A program made the translations under genes and the position numbers. Below are positions 1 to 8,689 of a stretch of DNA of 64,000 nucleotides, one piece after another. This DNA is from Escherichia coli (GTDB lineage Bacteria; Pseudomonadota; Gammaproteobacteria; Enterobacterales; Enterobacteriaceae). Under the pieces are notes generated by a model that worked only from the letters and a program-made list of their open reading frames with translations, did not search any database and had not been told where the DNA came from. The stretch lies in assembly GCF_024298765.1 (NCBI RefSeq), contig NZ_CP101210.1. One strand, 5' to 3'. Position 1 is the stretch's first letter, and every line of letters starts with the position of its first letter.

Positions 1-1713
1 GAGAAAGCGGTAGTGCGTTATGCCCGTGAACATAATCTCGGCAAGATTATTCTCGGTCGCCCGGCTTCGCGCCGCTGGTGGCGTCGGGAAACATTTGCTG
101 ACCGGCTGGCACGCATCGCCCCCGATCTCGATCAGGTGCTGGTCGCGCTTGATGAACCACCCGCCCGCACGATTAACAACGCGCCGGATAGCCGCTCTTT
201 TAAAGACAAGTGGCGGGTACAGATTCAGGGATGCGTGGTTGCCGCCGCGTTATGCGCCGTTATCACCTTAATTGCCATGCAGTGGCTGATGGCGTTTGAT
301 GCCGCCAACCTGGTGATGCTGTATCTACTTGGCGTGGTGGTGGTGGCGCTATTTTATGGACGCTGGCCTTCGGTGGTTGCTACCGTCATTAATGTGGTGA
401 GTTTCGATCTCTTTTTTATCGCCCCACGCGGCACGCTCGCCGTCTCTGATGTGCAATATCTGCTGACCTTCGCGGTGATGTTAACCGTCGGGCTGGTGAT
501 CGGGAACCTTACTGCTGGCGTGCGTTATCAGGCGCGGGTAGCCCGTTACCGCGAACAACGCACACGGCACTTATATGAAATGTCCAAAGCTCTGGCTGTG
601 GGCCGTAGTTCGCAGGATATCGCCGCCACCAGCGAACAGTTTATTGCCTCCACGTTTCATGCCCGTAGCCAGGTGTTGCTGCCTGATGACAACGGTAAAT
701 TGCAGCCGTTAACACATCCGCAAGGAATGACGCCGTGGGACGATGCCATCGCGCAGTGGAGTTTTGATAAAGGTCTGCCTGCGGGCGCGGGCACCGACAC
801 GTTACCCGGTGTACCGTACCAGATTTTGCCGCTAAAAAGCGGCGAGAAAACCTACGGACTGGTGGTGGTGGAACCGGGGAATCTGCGCCAGTTGATGATC
901 CCGGAACAGCAGCGCCTGCTGGAGACGTTTACGCTGTTAGTCGCCAATGCGCTTGAGCGGCTGACGCTGACCGCCAGCGAAGAACAGGCGCGGATGGCAA
1001 GCGAACGTGAACAGATCCGCAACGCTCTGCTGGCGGCGCTTTCGCATGATTTACGCACGCCGCTCACGGTGCTGTTCGGTCAGGCAGAAATCTTAACGCT
1101 CGATCTGGCAAGCGAAGGATCGCCCCACGCCCGCCAGGCCAGCGAGATTCGTCAGCATGTGCTGAACACGACCCGACTGGTGAATAATCTGCTCGATATG
1201 GCGCGAATTCAGTCCGGCGGCTTTAATTTGAAGAAAGAGTGGTTAACGCTGGAAGAAGTGGTCGGCAGCGCGCTGCAAATGCTGGAACCGGGTTTATCGT
1301 CGCCTATCAATCTTTCTCTGCCAGAACCGCTGACCTTAATCCACGTTGACGGGCCGCTCTTTGAACGGGTGCTGATTAATCTGCTGGAGAACGCGGTGAA
1401 ATACGCGGGTGCGCAGGCCGAAATTGGTATCGATGCCCACGTTGAGGGCGAGAAGCTACAACTGGATGTCTGGGATAACGGCCCCGGTCTTCCGCCAGGC
1501 CAGGAGCAGACGATATTTGATAAGTTTGCTCGCGGGAATAAAGAGTCGGCGGTACCGGGTGTAGGGCTTGGGCTGGCAATTTGTCGGGCGATTGTGGATG
1601 TACACGGCGGCACCATTACCGCGTTCAACCGACCGGAAGGTGGTGCCTGTTTTCGTGTTACACTTCCCCAGCAAACCGCTCCTGAACTTGAAGAATTTCA
1701 TGAGGATATGTGA
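1..1713 (+). CDS. kdpD: Sensor histidine kinase KdpD, C-terminal ~566 aa; 5' end lies upstream of the window
   Basis: Frame 1 is open from base 1; His-kinase H-box (SHDLRTPL) and ATPase motifs (DNGPG, GLGL) present; overlaps kdpE start by 4 bp. Confidence 0.95.
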   Translation, partial: EKAVVRYAREHNLGKIILGRPASRRWWRRETFADRLARIAPDLDQVLVALDEPPARTINNAPDSRSFKDKWRVQIQGCVVAAALCAVITLIAMQWLMAFDAANLVMLYLLGVVVVALFYGRWPSVVATVINVVSFDLFFIAPRGTLAVSDVQYLLTFAVMLTVGLVIGNLTAGVRYQARVARYREQRTRHLYEMSKALAVGRSSQDIAATSEQFIASTFHARSQVLLPDDNGKLQPLTHPQGMTPWDDAIAQWSFDKGLPAGAGTDTLPGVPYQILPLKSGEKTYGLVVVEPGNLRQLMIPEQQRLLETFTLLVANALERLTLTASEEQARMASEREQIRNALLAALSHDLRTPLTVLFGQAEILTLDLASEGSPHARQASEIRQHVLNTTRLVNNLLDMARIQSGGFNLKKEWLTLEEVVGSALQMLEPGLSSPINLSLPEPLTLIHVDGPLFERVLINLLENAVKYAGAQAEIGIDAHVEGEKLQLDVWDNGPGLPPGQEQTIFDKFARGNKESAVPGVGLGLAICRAIVDVHGGTITAFNRPEGGACFRVTLPQQTAPELEEFHEDM

Positions 1714-2387
1714 CAAACGTTCTGATTGTTGAAGATGAACAGGCTATTCGTCGCTTTCTGCGCACGGCGCTGGAAGGCGACGGTATGCGCGTCTTTGAGG
1801 CCGAAACGCTGCAACGCGGCTTGCTGGAAGCGGCTACCCGTAAGCCAGATTTGATTATTCTCGATCTCGGCCTGCCCGATGGTGATGGGATTGAGTTTAT
1901 CCGCGACCTGCGCCAGTGGAGCGCGGTGCCGGTGATTGTGCTTTCCGCACGTAGCGAAGAGAGCGACAAAATCGCCGCGCTGGATGCCGGAGCGGATGAT
2001 TATCTGAGTAAGCCGTTTGGCATTGGCGAATTGCAGGCCCGTCTGCGCGTCGCTTTACGTCGCCACTCCGCCACCGCCGCGCCCGATCCGCTGGTGAAAT
2101 TTTCCGATGTTACCGTCGATTTAGCAGCTCGTGTGATCCATCGGGGCGAGGAAGAGGTGCATCTCACCCCGATTGAGTTCCGCCTGCTGGCAGTGTTGCT
2201 TAATAATGCGGGAAAAGTGCTCACCCAGCGCCAGCTCCTTAACCAGGTGTGGGGGCCAAACGCGGTCGAACACAGTCATTATTTGCGTATTTATATGGGG
2301 CATCTGCGACAAAAACTGGAACAGGACCCGGCCCGGCCTCGCCATTTTATTACTGAAACCGGTATTGGGTATCGGTTTATGCTTTGA
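1710..2387 (+). CDS. kdpE: Response regulator KdpE (GTG start)
   Basis: 225-aa OmpR-family regulator with receiver domain (LIVEDE...DLGLPDGDG) and winged-helix C-terminus; translationally coupled to kdpD. Confidence 0.95.
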   Translation: MTNVLIVEDEQAIRRFLRTALEGDGMRVFEAETLQRGLLEAATRKPDLIILDLGLPDGDGIEFIRDLRQWSAVPVIVLSARSEESDKIAALDAGADDYLSKPFGIGELQARLRVALRRHSATAAPDPLVKFSDVTVDLAARVIHRGEEEVHLTPIEFRLLAVLLNNAGKVLTQRQLLNQVWGPNAVEHSHYLRIYMGHLRQKLEQDPARPRHFITETGIGYRFML

Positions 2388-2424
2388 ATATTAATTTTAA
2401 TACATCCTGCCTTTTATTAATTAA

Positions 2425-2451
2425 AGCCGTAATAATAAATACGGCTTTTTA
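2425..2451 (+). terminator. Rho-independent terminator after kdpE
   Basis: Hairpin agccgt...acggct followed by a T-run. Confidence 0.6.
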
Positions 2452-2620
2452 TCTTAAACAACACACAAAAATAACAATTCAATATTTTATATTACTGAGT
2501 AAAAAGCTCATCATTAAATAAATTAAGATTGATCATTTTTTATTGATCACCTTCACAGTTCAACCGTATTTCCTGGATAGAATACCTTCACCTTCATTCA
2601 CATCAGGAAAGGTAAATTAA

Positions 2621-2725
2621 ATGGAAAATAACAGCCGCACTATGCCCCATATAAGGCGGACAACTCATATTATGAAGTTTGCTCATCGCAATAGCTTCGA
2701 CTTTCACTTCTTCAATGCCCGTTAG
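2621..2725 (+). CDS. speFL: speF leader arrest peptide SpeFL (34 codons)
   Basis: Short ORF MENNSRTMPHIRRTTHIMKFAHRNSFDFHFFNAR about 260 bp upstream of the speF ATG; matches the ornithine-sensing leader peptide as I recall it; not in the ORF track because it is too short. Confidence 0.7.
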   Translation: MENNSRTMPHIRRTTHIMKFAHRNSFDFHFFNAR

Positions 2726-2982
2726 TCTACCGACTAAGGGCACTTCAGCGTACAGGTCTTCCTGACTCTCTGTATTACAGGCATATGCCTGTATTCCGCA
2801 GTGCTCATTCTCTGTTAACCCTTGTATTATCAGCCACCGGACTGATAAGGGTTTCTGCATTCTGAAAAAAGCAAACTTCTGATTAATTTATCAGCGGGGT
2901 AACTTTGCTTTTTTTCCGGCACGATCGATTTCTCATTCGAGAAATTGAGGACCTGCTATTACCCAAAATAAAGAGATGGAAA

Positions 2983-5181
2983 ATGTCAAAATTAAAAATT
3001 GCGGTTAGTGATTCTTGCCCGGACTGTTTTACCACGCAGCGAGAATGTATCTATATTAATGAAAACAGTAATATCGATGTGGCGGCAATAGTTTTATCGC
3101 TCAACGATGTTACACGCGGAAAACTCGATGAAATCGATGCCACGGGTTATGGCATCCCGGTATTTATTGCTACTGAAAATCAAGAACGTGTACCCGCAGA
3201 GTATTTGCCCCGTATTTCGGGTGTCTTTGAGAATTGCGAATCGCGACGAGAATTTTATGGTCGTCAGTTAGAAACCGCAGCCAGCCATTATGAAACGCAA
3301 CTGCGCCCGCCCTTCTTCCGCGCACTGGTCGATTATGTCAATCAGGGTAACAGCGCGTTTGATTGCCCCGGTCATCAGGGCGGCGAATTTTTCCGTCGCC
3401 ATCCCGCGGGGAATCAGTTTGTGGAATACTTTGGTGAGGCGCTGTTCCGTGCTGACTTGTGCAACGCCGACGTAGCGATGGGCGATCTGCTGATTCACGA
3501 AGGCGCGCCATGCATTGCACAGCAACATGCGGCAAAAGTGTTTAATGCCGATAAAACATACTTCGTTTTAAATGGCACTTCATCTTCTAACAAAGTGGTT
3601 TTAAACGCCCTGCTGACACCGGGTGATCTGGTGCTGTTTGACCGCAATAACCACAAATCTAACCACCACGGAGCGTTGCTACAGGCTGGCGCGACACCGG
3701 TTTATCTGGAAACCGCACGTAACCCGTATGGTTTTATCGGTGGTATTGACGCTCACTGTTTTGAAGAAAGTTACCTGCGTGAACTGATCGCGGAATTCGC
3801 ACCGCAGCGGGCAAAAGAGGCTCGTCCTTTCCGCCTCGCCGTTATTCAGCTAGGCACTTACGACGGTACGATTTATAACGCCCGTCAGGTGGTGGATAAA
3901 ATTGGTCATCTGTGTGACTACATCCTCTTTGACTCCGCATGGGTCGGCTATGAGCAGTTTATCCCGATGATGGCGGACTGTTCACCACTGTTGCTGGATC
4001 TTAATGAGAACGATCCGGGTATTCTGGTTACGCAATCTGTGCATAAACAGCAGGCTGGTTTTTCTCAGACTTCACAAATCCATAAAAAAGACAGCCATAT
4101 CAAAGGGCAACAGCGTTATGTACCGCACAAACGCATGAACAACGCCTTTATGATGCATGCCTCCACCAGCCCGTTCTATCCGCTGTTTGCCGCACTGGAT
4201 ATCAACGCCAAAATGCATGAAGGTGTCAGCGGTCGTAATATGTGGATGGATTGTGTGGTAAATGGCATTAATGCCCGCAAACTGATCCTCGATAACTGTC
4301 AGCATATTCGTCCATTCGTACCTGAACTGGTGGATGGTAAACCCTGGCAGTCGTATGAAACGGCGCAAATTGCGGTTGATCTGCGCTTCTTCCAGTTTGT
4401 ACCAGGTGAGCACTGGCATTCTTTTGAAGGCTATGCAGAGAATCAATACTTTGTCGATCCGTGCAAACTGTTGCTGACAACCCCAGGTATTGATGCACGT
4501 AACGGCGAATATGAAGCGTTCGGTGTACCCGCGACGATTCTTGCTAACTTCCTGCGCGAAAATGGCGTAGTGCCGGAAAAATGCGATCTTAACTCCATCC
4601 TCTTTCTGCTGACTCCGGCAGAAGATATGGCCAAACTTCAGCAACTTGTTGCTCTGCTGGTACGCTTCGAAAAACTGCTTGAGTCCGACGCGCCATTATC
4701 AGAAGTACTGCCTTCCATCTACAAACAGCATGAAGAGCGCTACACCGGTTATACCCTGCGTCAGTTGTGTCAGGAAATGCATGATTTGTATGCCCGTCAC
4801 AACGTGAAACAACTGCAAAAAGAGATGTTCCGTAAGGAACACTTCCCACGCGTAAGCATGAATCCACAAGAAGCCAACTACGCCTATTTACGCGGTGAAG
4901 TGGAGCTGGTTCGTCTGCCGGATGCAGAAGGCCGTATCGCTGCCGAAGGTGCGCTTCCTTATCCTCCGGGTGTGCTGTGTGTTGTTCCGGGTGAAATCTG
5001 GGGTGGTGCTGTTCTGCGTTACTTCAGCGCTCTGGAAGAAGGGATCAACCTGCTGCCAGGTTTTGCACCAGAGCTGCAGGGTGTCTATATCGAAGAACAT
5101 GATGGTCGTAAGCAAGTTTGGTGCTATGTCATCAAGCCTCGTGATGCGCAAAGCACCCTGTTGAAAGGGGAAAAATTATGA
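2983..5181 (+). CDS. speF: Inducible ornithine decarboxylase SpeF (732 aa)
   Basis: Large fold-type I PLP decarboxylase; start taken at MSKLKIAV with RBS aagaga upstream, not the extended ORF-track start at 2905. Confidence 0.95.
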   Translation: MSKLKIAVSDSCPDCFTTQRECIYINENSNIDVAAIVLSLNDVTRGKLDEIDATGYGIPVFIATENQERVPAEYLPRISGVFENCESRREFYGRQLETAASHYETQLRPPFFRALVDYVNQGNSAFDCPGHQGGEFFRRHPAGNQFVEYFGEALFRADLCNADVAMGDLLIHEGAPCIAQQHAAKVFNADKTYFVLNGTSSSNKVVLNALLTPGDLVLFDRNNHKSNHHGALLQAGATPVYLETARNPYGFIGGIDAHCFEESYLRELIAEFAPQRAKEARPFRLAVIQLGTYDGTIYNARQVVDKIGHLCDYILFDSAWVGYEQFIPMMADCSPLLLDLNENDPGILVTQSVHKQQAGFSQTSQIHKKDSHIKGQQRYVPHKRMNNAFMMHASTSPFYPLFAALDINAKMHEGVSGRNMWMDCVVNGINARKLILDNCQHIRPFVPELVDGKPWQSYETAQIAVDLRFFQFVPGEHWHSFEGYAENQYFVDPCKLLLTTPGIDARNGEYEAFGVPATILANFLRENGVVPEKCDLNSILFLLTPAEDMAKLQQLVALLVRFEKLLESDAPLSEVLPSIYKQHEERYTGYTLRQLCQEMHDLYARHNVKQLQKEMFRKEHFPRVSMNPQEANYAYLRGEVELVRLPDAEGRIAAEGALPYPPGVLCVVPGEIWGGAVLRYFSALEEGINLLPGFAPELQGVYIEEHDGRKQVWCYVIKPRDAQSTLLKGEKL

Positions 5182-6497
5182 GTCAGGCTAAATCGAATAA
5201 GATGGGCGTCGTTCAGTTAACCATACTGACGATGGTCAACATGATGGGCTCCGGTATCATCATGCTGCCGACAAAGCTTGCCGAAGTTGGGACAATCTCA
5301 ATTATCTCCTGGCTGGTGACAGCCGTAGGCTCAATGGCACTGGCATGGGCATTCGCAAAATGCGGTATGTTCAGCCGTAAATCAGGCGGTATGGGCGGTT
5401 ATGCGGAGTATGCTTTCGGTAAATCCGGGAACTTTATGGCGAACTACACCTACGGTGTCTCGCTGCTGATTGCTAACGTCGCGATTGCTATTTCGGCGGT
5501 TGGTTACGGCACCGAACTGCTCGGCGCGAGTTTGTCGCCAGTGCAGATTGGTCTTGCGACCATCGGAGTGCTGTGGATTTGTACCGTGGCTAACTTTGGT
5601 GGTGCGCGCATTACCGGGCAAATCAGTAGCATTACTGTGTGGGGGGTCATTATTCCGGTCGTCGGTCTGTGCATTATCGGCTGGTTCTGGTTTAGCCCGA
5701 CGCTATACGCTAACTCATGGAACCCGCACCATGTGCCGTTCTTTAGCGCTGTAGGTTCTTCCATCGCCATGACGTTGTGGGCTTTCCTCGGTCTGGAGTC
5801 AGCCTGTGCCAACGCCGAAGTAGTTGAAAACCCGGAACGTAACGTGCCGATTGCAGTTCTTGGCGGTACTTTAGGTGCGGCGGTGATTTATATCGTCTCC
5901 ACCAACGTGATTGCAGGGATAGTGCCTAATATGGAGCTGGCAAATTCAACGGCACCATTTGGCCTGACTTTCGCACAGATGTTCACGCCAGAAGTGGGTA
6001 AAGTCATTATGGCGCTGATGGTGATGTCCTGCTGCGGTTCACTGCTTGGCTGGCAGTTCACCATTGCCCAGGTGTTTAAATCTTCATCTGATGAAGGCTA
6101 CTTCCCTAAAATTTTCTCCCGTGTAACCAAAGTGGATGCACCGGTTCAGGGAATGTTGACCATTGTGATTATTCAGAGTGGATTGGCACTGATGACCATT
6201 AGCCCGTCACTGAACAGCCAGTTCAACGTGCTGGTTAACCTGGCCGTGGTGACCAATATCATTCCGTATATTCTGTCGATGGCAGCATTAGTCATTATTC
6301 AGCAGGTCGCTAATGTGCCACCATCAAAAGCGAAAGTAGCAAACTTTGTTGCCTTTGTTGGTGCGATGTACAGTTTCTATGCGCTGTACTCATCCGGGGA
6401 AGAAGCCATGCTGTACGGTTCCATCGTGACCTTCCTTGGTTGGACACTGTATGGTCTGGTCTCACCACGCTTTGAACTGAAAAATAAACACGGTTAA
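5178..6497 (+). CDS. potE: Putrescine-ornithine antiporter PotE
   Basis: 439-aa polytopic APC-family transporter; 4-bp overlap with the speF stop. Confidence 0.95.
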   Translation: MSQAKSNKMGVVQLTILTMVNMMGSGIIMLPTKLAEVGTISIISWLVTAVGSMALAWAFAKCGMFSRKSGGMGGYAEYAFGKSGNFMANYTYGVSLLIANVAIAISAVGYGTELLGASLSPVQIGLATIGVLWICTVANFGGARITGQISSITVWGVIIPVVGLCIIGWFWFSPTLYANSWNPHHVPFFSAVGSSIAMTLWAFLGLESACANAEVVENPERNVPIAVLGGTLGAAVIYIVSTNVIAGIVPNMELANSTAPFGLTFAQMFTPEVGKVIMALMVMSCCGSLLGWQFTIAQVFKSSSDEGYFPKIFSRVTKVDAPVQGMLTIVIIQSGLALMTISPSLNSQFNVLVNLAVVTNIIPYILSMAALVIIQQVANVPPSKAKVANFVAFVGAMYSFYALYSSGEEAMLYGSIVTFLGWTLYGLVSPRFELKNKHG

Positions 6498-6512
6498 TAA
6501 AGCAAAGTAAAA

Positions 6513-6545
6513 AAGGGCGATTGAATGGTCGCCCTTTCTGTTTGT
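6513..6545 (+). terminator. Rho-independent terminator after potE
   Basis: Hairpin gggcga...tcgccc followed by a T-run. Confidence 0.6.
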
Positions 6546-6577
6546 TGACAAAGAGTTCTTTATTTATGCCGCATCCG

Positions 6578-6722
6578 GCAGGTGTAGGATCCAAACGCGG
6601 TCGGACACAGCAACTATTTGCGTAATTATATGAGGCATTTGCGACAAAAACTGGAACAGGATCTCGCCCGCCCCGCCATTTCATTACTGAAACCAGTATT
6701 GGGTATCGGTTTATGCTTTGAA
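6578..6722 (+). repeat. Degenerate direct copy of the kdpE 3' end (about 90% identity to 2243..2389)
   Basis: Aligned by eye: caggtgt..ccaaacgcggtcg..ttgcgacaaaaactggaacagga..attactgaaacc.gtattgggtatcggtttatgctttgaa; kdpE reading frame is lost after an indel. Confidence 0.85.
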
Positions 6723-6844
6723 AAAAGTGGCATTGTATGGATAAAGTCATTTTTTATTCACATATAAGGAACTTAATATTTAAAAAATGTCCCATACAAT
6801 GCCTCATCATAAATGACACCGTAGCATACAAGGAGCAAGTAGCG

Positions 6845-7240
6845 ATGCGTGATTGGACACAACGCCCTGAATTCGCAAGCGTGCGGGCTTTACCCATCGC
6901 CGATGATGTCGCAGGGGGAATTTTCTTAATGGTGGCGATCTTGGGGAAGATACTGGCTGCGTTTATTATTTTGCGCCAGATACGCTGATTTGGGAAAGTC
7001 TGGAGGTTGGATATTCTGAGTTTCTTCAGTGGGCATTATCCGGTGATTTAGATACCTTCAATGAAAATGTACGCTGGCCGCAATGGCAAGAAGACGTAAT
7101 AAAATTATCGGCAACGGAAGCCTTCACTTTCTACCCTTTCTTATGGGTACAAAGTGAAGAAGCAAGAACAAGAAAAGTTATTTCGCTTACTGAACTCTGG
7201 GAAATGCAGTATCAAATGAAAGAAACATTCACGCAATAAG
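6845..7240 (+). pseudogene. Frameshifted ORF remnant (ybfG-like); N-terminal 47 codons in one frame, about 100 further codons in another frame with no start
   Basis: ORF MRDWTQRPEFASVRALPIADD... ends at 6988; the adjacent frame reads ...FAPDTLIWESLEVGYSEFLQWALSGDLDTFNENVRWPQWQEDVIKLS...KETFTQ* without an ATG. Confidence 0.3.
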
Positions 7241-7279
7241 ACATGTTCAGGTCCGGGTTTCATTCCTGGACTCGCTATT

Positions 7280-7774
7280 TTAATGTGTATTTATCGCTTT
7301 CAATTCTTGCTGGCAATTTTCTGACTGGCAGCGTCGCAACTCAATAATCCCGACATGCATCATCGAGCCAATAAAGCCGCTTTCGCTGACATAATCCTCA
7401 TTAACTATCGGTCGAGTGCCGGGCTTGCCCTGGCAAACCTGCATAAAAAATGAGGTGTAGCATTGCCAACCAGGATTTAAACCGGCCTTTTCTTGTGCTG
7501 ACATATCGTGAAGATAAGTAAGTTCTTTTTCGTTCCCGCCTGACAACTGCCAGCGGCGGGTATTATCAGGTAAGTTATCGCCACGGCAATTTGTCTTACA
7601 CCGGGAAAGCGCAATATTTACCGCAATGCTCCCCGTTAATCCTCTGGTTTTATCTTTAGGGGTCAGTAACCAGTCACCAGCTAATGATGATTGTTCAGGT
7701 TGGGCGCATGCTGTCAGCAGTAGTGTGGCGGTAATTAATGTCACTCTGACGACCAGACTCCTTTTGGTCTTCAT
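7280..7774 (-). CDS. ybfP: Lipoprotein YbfP (164 aa)
   Basis: Signal peptide plus lipobox (LLLTAC); start taken at MKTKRSLVV rather than the extended ORF-track start. Confidence 0.8.
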   Translation of the reverse strand: MKTKRSLVVRVTLITATLLLTACAQPEQSSLAGDWLLTPKDKTRGLTGSIAVNIALSRCKTNCRGDNLPDNTRRWQLSGGNEKELTYLHDMSAQEKAGLNPGWQCYTSFFMQVCQGKPGTRPIVNEDYVSESGFIGSMMHVGIIELRRCQSENCQQELKAINTH

Positions 7775-7825
7775 TTTGAATTCCCTTGAGCTATTCAGTT
7801 TGTTGGCAAAGTGCTCGTTGTTCAT

Positions 7826-7930
7826 GCCGGATGCGGCGTGAACGCCTTATCCGGCCTACAAAATCGCGTAAATTCAATATATTGCACCATCTTCCCAGGC
7901 CTGATAAGCGTAGCGCATCAGGCAGTCATA
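7826..7930. repeat. REP/BIME palindromic elements
   Basis: Two inverted REP units (gccggatgcggcgtgaacgccttatccggcctaca ... aggcctgataagcgtagcgcatcaggca). Confidence 0.6.
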
Positions 7931-7934
7931 AGTA

Positions 7935-8640
7935 ATAAATATCCTCCGGCATAGCCGGAGGTTTTTCAAATGCGCCTATAAGGCTCTCTTACCAGCCGCG
8001 CCCTAACAGGCGCACACGATCTGACATTTGCATCCAACTTCGTTACTTACGGCCCGTAAACGGGCTGCCCGGATAGGGAATCGATAACTGCTCTCCCATT
8101 TTATCCTCTTCAAGCTGGTGCTTTATGTAATCCTGTATCTTCGCCGTGTTCTTACCCACCGTATCGACGTAGTACCCTCTGCACCAGAACTCTCTGTTCC
8201 TGTATTTGAATTTCAAATCACCAAACTGCTCGTAAAGCATCAGACTGCTTTTCCCTTTCAGATATCCCATAAAGCCGGATACACTCATTTTGGGCGGGAT
8301 CTCCACAAGCATATGGATATGATCTGCACAGCATTCAGCTTCAAGAATCCGTACGCTTTTCCACTCACACAGCTTTCTCAAAATACTGCCTATTGCTCTA
8401 CGCTTCTCTCTGTAGAACACTTGTCTTCGGTATTTTGGCGCAAAAACTATGTGATATTTACAGTTCCATCGGGTGTGCGCTAAGCTCTTTTCGTTCCCCA
8501 TTGGGACCCCCTTTTGATTTCTTGTTTGACACTTGCAGTTGCCAGACCGCAAGGTGTTTTAACAAATCAAAAGGGGTTTTAATAACTGGCTCAAAGCTGA
8601 AAGCTTTCCGGAACCCCCAGCCTAGCTGGGGGTTTTCTGT
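7935..8640 (-). mobile_element. IS200-family insertion sequence (boundaries approximate)
   Basis: Contains a Y1 HUH transposase gene plus subterminal hairpins (cccccagc-cta-gctggggg at 8614..8632; cctccggcatagccggagg at 7943..7961); about 0.7 kb, as expected for IS200. Confidence 0.55.
8043..8501 (-). CDS. tnpA: IS200 transposase TnpA (152 aa)
   Basis: Near-identical to Salmonella IS200 TnpA as I recall it (MGNEKSLAHTRWNCKYHIVFAPKYRR...HIHML...CRGYYVDTVG); HUH motif and catalytic Tyr present. Confidence 0.85.
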   Translation of the reverse strand: MGNEKSLAHTRWNCKYHIVFAPKYRRQVFYREKRRAIGSILRKLCEWKSVRILEAECCADHIHMLVEIPPKMSVSGFMGYLKGKSSLMLYEQFGDLKFKYRNREFWCRGYYVDTVGKNTAKIQDYIKHQLEEDKMGEQLSIPYPGSPFTGRK

Positions 8641-8647
8641 GCACAAA

Positions 8648-8676
8648 AAAGGGCGATCTTCCGACCGCCCTTTTTC
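8648..8676 (-). terminator. Terminator downstream of pgm
   Basis: Hairpin gggcg...cgccc flanked by A/T runs immediately 3' of the pgm stop. Confidence 0.5.
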
Positions 8677-8689
8677 TTATTAAATGTGT

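Noticed and set aside
2905-2982. Extended N-termini in ORF-track calls (speF at 2905, leuS at 42149, pgm, seqA, fldA, asnB, gltI, rihA and others)
   Set aside because: Internal ATG or TTG starts reproduce the known protein N-termini; the upstream extensions are just the nearest in-frame ATG after a stop
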